64,000 bases of DNA from Ranitomeya imitator (taxonomy: Eukaryota), in the NCBI RefSeq assembly GCF_032444005.1, contig NC_091289.1:26536001-26600000 (forward strand), written 5' to 3'. Below the pieces are notes generated by a model that saw only the letters and a list, made by a program, of their open reading frames with translations, was not told the origin of the DNA and did not search any database. The translations under genes were made by a program, and so were the position numbers. Each line of letters opens with the position of its first letter. The stretch's first letter is position 1. Below are positions 41,016 through 49,398 of the stretch, in pieces.

Positions 41016-43106
41016 GTAGAAAGTATAATATCTGATAATCCAAATTAGTATTAAACCAAGAAAAACAAAGAAAACTAATCTATCCAATAAACTTTATTAA
41101 ACAAAATAAGGATAAAAGACTGACACAACACCCAGACCCCTCTAAATGGGGGTGGGTCAATTAAAAAACCTGGCCCAAAAAGATTGTAAAGGGCAAAGGG
41201 TGGGAGGGACAACGGGGCCGATAGCAAAAACCCTACACGTCCCTACAAATATTCCCTGCCTGTCTGCGGAGGTTGGCACCCTCTTGGACGCAATATGGCG
41301 CCCCCGCTCACCGTCGACTCACCCTTAAGGCCCTATAAGTCCCTCTACATGTATAAAGATACTATACCACAAACAACACCCAATACATGGCCTAACCAAA
41401 CTCGGGACCAAAAAAAGAGAAAAAACACCAGGTAGTGATTCACCAGTAAAGACAAACGGTCTGACCGTACCAATCCCTAATGCTAAAGTATAACGCCTGA
41501 AACTAAGGCTAATACACCCTAAGGAGTCCCTAACCGAGTCTCCCTACCTGTCAGCGGAGGTTGGCACCCTCTTGAACGCAAATGGCGCCCCCGCTCCTCG
41601 GCGGCTGCCCCTATTAACCCTGGCTGAATCCCTAAAAGAAGATATATCGGGATACTAAATACGGGTGGTGCCTTAGGGGCTATACTAGTGACCCAGATAA
41701 ATAGGTCCCTATAGCTCGGTCAGACCCTAAAGATAAAGCAAATAGCAACAATACTTAAACCAATGCTTGCACGGCAATAGGAAAGATGTATATAACAGCT
41801 TAACGAATACAACTATATTATGATCACAGTTGGTAAAGTACTCGTATGCAAATACAATGGTTGCGGGGAAAAAAAAACAAAAAAAAAAAAACACAACTGG
41901 TGAAAAACATATAAACTTAAAAGGCCTGAAACACTTATCTGTGTTCAGGTCTCGCCTCTACGCGTTTCCCCCCCATGATGTGGTTCCTCAGGAGGCATAT
42001 GGGAAAAAGAGATACTGTGTGAATAGATCACATCAGAGATACATGTTGTGCCTGGTTGCAGGTCAAGGAAACACTGACTAAAACGCCATTAAATAGTCTC
42101 CTCCCCCCCTCCCCAATAGGGACAAAGGGTTAAGGGGCTAATTACCACCTGTGTTCGCCGCTTAAAAAAAAAAAAAAATATTCATGTTCATATTCATGTC
42201 CACCCCGCTCCAACAGCGCATGTGCCTGGGCGCAATGTTTCTGTCCGGCATCTCATCCCTGGACAAACAGCAAAAGCGCATCGACGCCGACTTAAGGCTA
42301 ATGTAAATAATGCCATAAACACCTTTGCATACAGCTGGGTGCGATATTCATACCCACCCAGCTGTATAAGGGACACCCATACTGGAGCCACAGCAACGGA
42401 GGACAACTATACCGGGGTTACACAGGGACATTAAACCACACATGTTAAACATTATAGCTGGCACATTTTGCGCCCTAGAAGTGTAGTGATTGCGCCATTG
42501 GTTATATTTAAAGGACCCCTTACATGTAATCACAGCTGCACCGTCACATACACATGGCCCAAGTATAATATTATGGACACCTATTGGCGATCCCTTAAAA
42601 CCTGGCGGCCCTTACATGTACTTAAGAAAAAAAAAAAAAAAAAAAAAAAAGATATGGCGTTTACAAAAAATATTGGCATGTGATGCTGTACTACCCACCA
42701 CACAACACGTGGTTTCCATGTATAACTTATAAAAGCACCACATACAAATAGTTTGTTAACCATGTACACTAATTGTATAAAAATAACAATACATATAGAT
42801 GTATTTTTATGCATATATCACCTCCATATGATATTTAAATTCTGAAAAATACACTCAATATATAGTGTACATGTATAAGTATGCGGTGAACTATAGTCAG
42901 CAGAGACCAAAAACCCGCAACCACACTACCCTAAGTCTATTAAACGTAGATGATAAAGAGTATGCACATTGTGCACCACATTCCTATACTCTTATGAACA
43001 TTCCTGCAGGCCATCTACTAGGTCTGCAGCGCTGTATTATTTTAAATCAGGGGAAAAGGGGAGCGAAGACAAACCTGACGAAAACAATTCACACAAAACA
43101 ACCAAA
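41016..43106 (-). repeat. 3' pseudo-LTR (~2.09 kb)
   Basis: Near-identical to 46340-48434 (offset 5324-5328; the differences seen are in A-runs). Begins with the last ORF2 codons. Confidence 0.93.
41954..42003 (-). ncRNA. Type I hammerhead ribozyme motif in the 3' pLTR
   Basis: CCCAUAU-GCCUC-CUGAGGA-ACCACAUCAUGGGGGG-GAAACGCGUA|GAGGC; predicted cleavage after GUA, between 41959 and 41958. Confidence 0.8.
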
Positions 43107-45440
43107 AGTAAGCCGCTCGTTAAGTCCTCCTGGGGCTACTGAATCCATCCTAAATATCCATTGTGTTTCCTTTTGCAGGATGATCCTATCCCAATCACCT
43201 CTCCTACCATTCTGTTTTATTACTTCCAGAACACAGAATGAGAGAGTCTTGCTGTCACCCTGGTGTACCTCCCAAACATGCCGTGCTACGGGGGTATCTC
43301 TATTATTTTTGATATCTCCCAAGTGTTCCCCGATCCTCCTTCTCAACTCCCTTTTGGTCTTCCCTATATAATTCTTCGGGCATGTACACGTAGCCATATA
43401 GACCACACCAATGGTTTTGCAATTAGCAAAGTCTCTACAGAAGAAGTTTCTCCCATTCTGTGCACTCTTAAAGCTCTTACATGGTGTTACATAATCACAG
43501 AACGAACAGTTACCACATCTGAACGTACCATTGATGCGTCTATCAAGCCAAGTTCCCTCTTGTTTCGGTCTCTTATAGTGGCTGTGTACGAGCCGATCTT
43601 TCAAAGACCGTCCTCTGCGGAAGGTAATCTGGGGTCTATTTGGGATGATATCCGCCAGGGTTTCATCCAGCTGTAAGATCCCCCAATGCTTTTTAAGGAC
43701 ACTAAATACCCGGTTCGTTTGGTTGTCATAGGTTCCAATAATCCTAGGGGTATTCTCTGCCTCTAGTTCTCTATGTGTCTGTAGGAGCGTATGTCTCTCT
43801 CTACTCATAGCATTCCTAAAGGCCGGGTCTAAGACCTCATCCGGATACCCACGCTCACGGAACCTCTCCCTCAGATCGTATGCTTGTGTCCTAAAGATAG
43901 CAGGGTCAGAGCAGTTCCTTCTTACTCTTAAATATTGTCCCCGAGGGATCCCCCTTTTCAGGGGAACTGGGTGATGACTCTCCCACCGAAGCAGGGCGTT
44001 ACTAGATGTCGGTTTACGAAATAGCCTTGTATCCAATGTACCACTGGCATTAATGGTAATTTTAACATCCAAGAACGCTAATTCATGTTCATCATTCTCA
44101 GATGTAAACTTTAACCCAAAGCAATTATCATTCAACCCTTGTACAAAGCTGTTAAACTCATTTGCTGTACCATTCCACATGACCAAGACATCGTCTATGT
44201 ATCGATACCAAGCCGATATCTTGTCAGTCCACCATTCTTCTACCCCAGAGAACACTACGGTTTCCTCCCACCAGCCCAGGAGGAGATTTGCATACGAGGG
44301 TGCACAAGAGCAACCCATCGCGGTCCCCCTGAGCTGGTGGAAGTACTTACCGTTAAACAGGAAGTAGTTGTGGGTTAGGACAAACTCCATCAACTCTACT
44401 ACAAATTTACTGTGTTTCTCAAAAAAGACGGCTCTTGTCCTTAGATAGTACTCCAATGCCTTCAGGCCCATACTGTGAGGAATGCTGCTATATAAAGCCT
44501 CGACATCTATTGAACCCAAAATGGTCCCCTGTTCGACCACCACACCGTCTACTTTTTGGAGCAGGTCCGATGTATCACGCACGTATGAGGGTAATGATGT
44601 TACAAATGGACGTAAGATGTTATCGATATAAATGCCAACATTCTGGCTCAATGAACCAACACCTGAAACTATGGGGCGGCCTTTTAAGGGGGAGAGACCC
44701 TTATGGACCTTTGGGAGGGCATAAAAAGTAGGGATTGTCGGGGTACGAGGAACCAAAAACTTATACTCGTTGTAGGAAATCAATTTGTCACGTAGACCAA
44801 TGTCTAAGATAGTCATTAATGACCCAATAAACCTATCCGTAGGGTCATTCTCAAGTACACCATATGTCTCCCTGTCATCAAGGATAGATCTACACATTCC
44901 CACATATCTCTGGTGGTCGAGGATGACCAAATTGCCACCTTTATCAGATGATTTGACAATGATCTGGTCATTCTTCTCTAGTTTCTCCAAGGCCTCCCAT
45001 TCCTCACTATTCAAATTTGGTGATGTATCCCCATTCAGTCGGCCTATTTTTTTAAGGTCATCCTCGACCACTCTCAAAAAAATGTCAATATTCGTGTAAT
45101 CACCTGGGGGAGGCATACGATTGCTTTTTAATTTTAGGTCAGTCTGTGGACCTAGTCCTCTCTCCCTCTCACTGTCCTCCAGAAGGCCCGTCAGAACATT
45201 AAGCCCCTCCAGGTCCTCTTCTGATATACCCAATTCTAAACATTGTTGTTTGTTATGCAAAGAAAAAAACTTCTTCCATTTTAATTTACGACAGTAGAGA
45301 TTTAAATCCTTCACCCAAGTGAATGTATTGTACCATGTTGTAGGAACAAATGTAAGTCCCTTTCTTAGCACACTAATTTCACCAGGTGATAACATATGGC
45401 TACTGAGATTTATGATTTGGTTCTCATCATATATATTCAT
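43089..45440 (-). CDS. PLE ORF2: reverse transcriptase plus GIY-YIG endonuclease (783 aa from the ATG at 45440; frame open from 45668)
   Basis: IINLS..L...E.SVLRKGLTFVP, KSSDKGG, FYALPKVHK..GRPIVS, SIDVEALYSSI, GTAMGCSCAPSYANL, YRYIDD, a Cys-rich linker RCGNCSFC, and VVYMATCTCPKNYIGKT..RRIGEH. Confidence 0.95.
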   Translation of the reverse strand: MNIYDENQIINLSSHMLSPGEISVLRKGLTFVPTTWYNTFTWVKDLNLYCRKLKWKKFFSLHNKQQCLELGISEEDLEGLNVLTGLLEDSERERGLGPQTDLKLKSNRMPPPGDYTNIDIFLRVVEDDLKKIGRLNGDTSPNLNSEEWEALEKLEKNDQIIVKSSDKGGNLVILDHQRYVGMCRSILDDRETYGVLENDPTDRFIGSLMTILDIGLRDKLISYNEYKFLVPRTPTIPTFYALPKVHKGLSPLKGRPIVSGVGSLSQNVGIYIDNILRPFVTSLPSYVRDTSDLLQKVDGVVVEQGTILGSIDVEALYSSIPHSMGLKALEYYLRTRAVFFEKHSKFVVELMEFVLTHNYFLFNGKYFHQLRGTAMGCSCAPSYANLLLGWWEETVVFSGVEEWWTDKISAWYRYIDDVLVMWNGTANEFNSFVQGLNDNCFGLKFTSENDEHELAFLDVKITINASGTLDTRLFRKPTSSNALLRWESHHPVPLKRGIPRGQYLRVRRNCSDPAIFRTQAYDLRERFRERGYPDEVLDPAFRNAMSRERHTLLQTHRELEAENTPRIIGTYDNQTNRVFSVLKKHWGILQLDETLADIIPNRPQITFRRGRSLKDRLVHSHYKRPKQEGTWLDRRINGTFRCGNCSFCDYVTPCKSFKSAQNGRNFFCRDFANCKTIGVVYMATCTCPKNYIGKTKRELRRRIGEHLGDIKNNRDTPVARHVWEVHQGDSKTLSFCVLEVIKQNGRRGDWDRIILQKETQWIFRMDSVAPGGLNERLTFGCFV

Positions 45441-46324
45441 TACATTCGTTTCCTCAACTCGTACCCCGTTGGGGCCCTCTGCTCTAAAAAAGACGAAGAG
45501 TGTGTAGAGGTGGATAATGAGGAAGATGATGGCATTGGGACTAAAGGTCTCGTAGGTGCCCCAAAGCCCGTGGTTACATTCCCTTGGCCCATGAAGCCCT
45601 GCTCCCGACCTCTGCCTCCTTGATATCTGCCCGTATATCCTCTTTGTTTCTGCCATTTTCCTTTTCCCCTATATGATGAAGGCCCACCTCTACCTCTTTG
45701 TCTCCAAAATCCTCCCGGCCTCTCTGTGTCTGAGCCCTCTGCCTCAGAGGAAGAAATTTCAGAGGCGATATCTACGCCTCCTGAGAAATTATACGCACTA
45801 TTAGTTTTAAACTCTTCTGAGTCTCGTATGAATTGTGTATGTTTACGATTCTTAAGTTGGTTTTGATAACGTTCTACTGAGATCTGTAGATTACTCTCCT
45901 TTTTATTAAACTCAGGATCAGATTTAAACAGTAGTGTCTTCTCTATTAATTCATTCAGTTGTTTAGATGTGGTTTCTAGAATCTTTTTTTCTTCCTCTAG
46001 CAGTAATTTCATGAACCTAACAGATGAGGCTATGGACTCTTCCCGCCAGGCCTTCAAAAGGACGGGGTTGCTTACTCTCGGTGATGGAGATATATTTACA
46101 CGCAATCCCTTTGGTACAATGTTGTTCTTAATATAATTCTCCAAAGCTTTTGTTTCCCATAAAGATTTCAAATATTTTTTATAGCATCCAGTAAGTTCTT
46201 TAAATGTGGAGTATATGGATGGGCTCGAGTCGGTACCCGTGTAGCCTGAGTCAACTGAAAACACCCGATCCGCCTCACTCACCCATGATTCAGAACAGAT
46301 AGGCCCTGATAGAAAACCAGCCAT
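45440..46324 (-). CDS. PLE ORF1, 294 aa, coiled-coil plus RG-rich basic protein of unknown function
   Basis: ATG at 46324 in a strong context (actATGG). Contains LENYIKNNIVPKGLRV, a probable coiled coil, a Ser/acidic patch and RGRGG/RG repeats; the TAA stop overlaps the ORF2 ATG. Confidence 0.8.
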   Translation of the reverse strand: MAGFLSGPICSESWVSEADRVFSVDSGYTGTDSSPSIYSTFKELTGCYKKYLKSLWETKALENYIKNNIVPKGLRVNISPSPRVSNPVLLKAWREESIASSVRFMKLLLEEEKKILETTSKQLNELIEKTLLFKSDPEFNKKESNLQISVERYQNQLKNRKHTQFIRDSEEFKTNSAYNFSGGVDIASEISSSEAEGSDTERPGGFWRQRGRGGPSSYRGKGKWQKQRGYTGRYQGGRGREQGFMGQGNVTTGFGAPTRPLVPMPSSSSLSTSTHSSSFLEQRAPTGYELRKRM

Positions 46325-46339
46325 AGTAGTCAAAAAACA

Positions 46340-48434
46340 GTAGAAAGTATAATATCTGATAATCCAAATTAGTATTAAACCAAGAAAAACAAAGAAAACT
46401 AATCTATCCAATAAACTTTATTAAACAAAATAAGGATAAAAGACTGACACAACACCCAGACCCCTCTAAATGGGGGTGGGTCAATTAAAAAACCTGGCCC
46501 AAAAAGATTGTAAAGGGCAAAGGGTGGGAGGGACAACGGGGCCGATAGCAAAAACCCTACACGTCCCTACAAATATTCCCTGCCTGTCTGCGGAGGTTGG
46601 CACCCTCTTGGACGCAATATGGCGCCCCCGCTCACCGTCGACTCACCCTTAAGGCCCTATAAGTCCCTCTACATGTATAAAGATACTATACCACAAACAA
46701 CACCCAATACATGGCCTAACCAAACTCGGGACCAAAAAAAGAGAAAAAACACCAGGTAGTGATTCACCAGTAAAGACAAACGGTCTGACCGTACCAATCC
46801 CTAATGCTAAAGTATAACGCCTGAAACTAAGGCTAATACACCCTAAGGAGTCCCTAACCGAGTCTCCCTACCTGTCAGCGGAGGTTGGCACCCTCTTGAA
46901 CGCAAATGGCGCCCCCGCTCCTCGGCGGCTGCCCCTATTAACCCTGGCTGAATCCCTAAAAGAAGATATATCGGGATACTAAATACGGGTGGTGCCTTAG
47001 GGGCTATACTAGTGACCCAGATAAATAGGTCCCTATAGCTCGGTCAGACCCTAAAGATAAAGCAAATAGCAACAATACTTAAACCAATGCTTGCACGGCA
47101 ATAGGAAAGATGTATATAACAGCTTAACGAATACAACTATATTATGATCACAGTTGGTAAAGTACTCGTATGCAAATACAATGGTTGCGGGGAAAAAAAA
47201 CAAAAAAAAAAAAAAACACACAACTGGTGAAAAACATATAAACTTAAAAGGCCTGAAACACTTATCTGTGTTCAGGTCTCGCCTCTACGCGTTTCCCCCC
47301 CATGATGTGGTTCCTCAGGAGGCATATGGGAAAAAGAGATACTGTGTGAATAGATCACATCAGAGATACATGTTGTGCCTGGTTGCAGGTCAAGGAAACA
47401 CTGACTAAAACGCCATTAAATAGTCTCCTCCCCCCCTCCCCAATAGGGACAAAGGGTTAAGGGGCTAATTACCACCTGTGTTCGCCGCTTAAAAAAAAAA
47501 AAAAAATATTCATGTTCATATTCATGTCCACCCCGCTCCAACAGCGCATGTGCCTGGGCGCAATGTTTCTGTCCGGCATCTCATCCCTGGACAAACAGCA
47601 AAAGCGCATCGACGCCGACTTAAGGCTAATGTAAATAATGCCATAAACACCTTTGCATACAGCTGGGTGCGATATTCATACCCACCCAGCTGTATAAGGG
47701 ACACCCATACTGGAGCCACAGCAACGGAGGACAACTATACCGGGGTTACACAGGGACATTAAACCACACATGTTAAACATTATAGCTGGCACATTTTGCG
47801 CCCTAGAAGTGTAGTGATTGCGCCATTGGTTATATTTAAAGGACCCCTTACATGTAATCACAGCTGCACCGTCACATACACATGGCCCAAGTATAATATT
47901 ATGGACACCTATTGGCGATCCCTTAAAACCTGGCGGCCCTTACATGTACTTAAGAAAAAAAAAAAAAAAAAAAAAAAAGATATGGCGTTTACAAAAAATA
48001 TTGGCATGTGATGCTGTACTACCCACCACACAACACGTGGTTTCCATGTATAACTTATAAAAGCACCACATACAAATAGTTTGTTAACCATGTACACTAA
48101 TTGTATAAAAATAACAATACATATAGATGTATTTTTATGCATATATCACCTCCATATGATATTTAAATTCTGAAAAATACACTCAATATATAGTGTACAT
48201 GTATAAGTATGCGGTGAACTATAGTCAGCAGAGACCAAAAACCCGCAACCACACTACCCTAAGTCTATTAAACGTAGATGATAAAGAGTATGCACATTGT
48301 GCACCACATTCCTATACTCTTATGAACATTCCTGCAGGCCATCTACTAGGTCTGCAGCGCTGTATTATTTTAAATCAGGGGAAAAGGGGAGCGAAGACAA
48401 ACCTGACGAAAACAATTCACACAAAACAACCAAA
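46340..48434 (-). repeat. 5' pseudo-LTR (~2.09 kb)
   Basis: Direct repeat of 41016-43106; ends 16 nt before the ORF1 ATG. Confidence 0.93.
47281..47330 (-). ncRNA. Type I hammerhead ribozyme motif in the 5' pLTR
   Basis: Identical to 41954-42003; predicted cleavage between 47286 and 47285. Confidence 0.8.
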
Positions 48435-48445
48435 TCTATTAATAT

Positions 48446-48817
48446 AAAAAAAATCTATTAATATAAGATATGTATTACAGCTAAAAAATGAGGGCACCTG
48501 ACCCAAAAAAATAACATAGAAAGGCAGATTCTGAGTGACCCGAGTGGTCTCTTCATGCGGTTTAGCCCCTTTAACTTGAAAGGAGATGGGTTGCAATCCT
48601 GTACAGTGCTTAAAAGCGCAACCAGATGGAGTGAGACAGGATCGCAACTCTCGGACTGCCCAGTGGTTCTCCCAATTAAACACGCAGATACATAAATATA
48701 TAAAGCTGTCATGTTCGGGTCGGGAGGGCCTCTGGCCAGTCCGTGCACTGCGTTCCAATTTGGGTCTGATTTATTTGGTCGTCTGACTGTGCCTTAAAGA
48801 TTATATTCTGATTTCCC
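48446..48817. repeat. Right copy of the 373-bp flanking duplication
   Basis: Direct repeat of 40643-41015, preceded by an extra 11-nt TCTATTAATAT (48435-48445). Confidence 0.9.
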
Positions 48818-49289
48818 CCCTCCATGGTTTATGGCACTAATAGACATAGCCACTTACTCGATAATATGGTTGACGTTAACATTGCGGGGTTTTTACTTTA
48901 GCTTCTTTTTGCTGGTTGAGCAATGAGATAAAAAATTACCATTAGAGTACAGAGTTGAGCAAAAAGATTTGCAGGACCCTAATCCAGCGACTAAATCATT
49001 GATCCATTGCCGCTGGATCAGATTATTGCAAACCTCCTACCGGCAACCCCAGCGCTTCTTTCAAATAGGTGGCCAGTTTGACGTCAATACATTACGGCTT
49101 GAGACACTTGGGATTTTGTGGGGTCCTAATTAAATCAGAAAAGGCACCTTTGATCTGCAAGAAGTAGGAGTTTACCAGAACTCTAATCCGGCAGCCACGA
49201 ACTACCAACAAGGTTGCCAGAACGAGGTCCTACAAATCTTTTTGCTCACTTCAAATGTATCCATTACCCAAACCGGAAAGGTTTCTTAC

Positions 49290-49398
49290 CTTGAAAAAGC
49301 ATTGTTTGGCTAAAGTCACTCCGCATGTCATTGCGACATACCGCCTGCACTCTGAACAGGTATAGGATATCGGGTGAGACGTGGTTAATGGTGACATT
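49290..49398 (-). CDS. PTPRG: PTPRG coding exon, C-terminal part of the FN3 domain (109 bp)
   Basis: Polypyrimidine-ctacag acceptor and GTAAGA donor. Encodes [36 protein letters not shown](A). Phases match the flanking exons. Confidence 0.95.

Larger units (their letters stand above)
41016..48434 (-). mobile_element. Apparently intact Penelope-like retroelement (Neptune-like), pLTR-ORF1-ORF2-pLTR
   Basis: RT plus GIY-YIG ORF, ~2.1-kb direct terminal repeats, hammerhead motifs in both repeats and uninterrupted ORFs. Confidence 0.93.

Noticed and set aside
41300-41320. GTGAG donor pairing with a TTATCAG acceptor as a pLTR intron removing the AATAAA
   Set aside because: The donor is not conserved in the related subfamily and the putative branch point is very close to the AG; unsupported without RNA data.
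46325-46411. Hydrophobic signal-peptide-like N-terminal extension of ORF1 (MDRLVFFVFLGLIL...)
   Set aside because: The track starts it at TTG, not ATG. It is a by-product of the U-rich tract, and the homologous stretch in the other subfamily appears to hit a stop.
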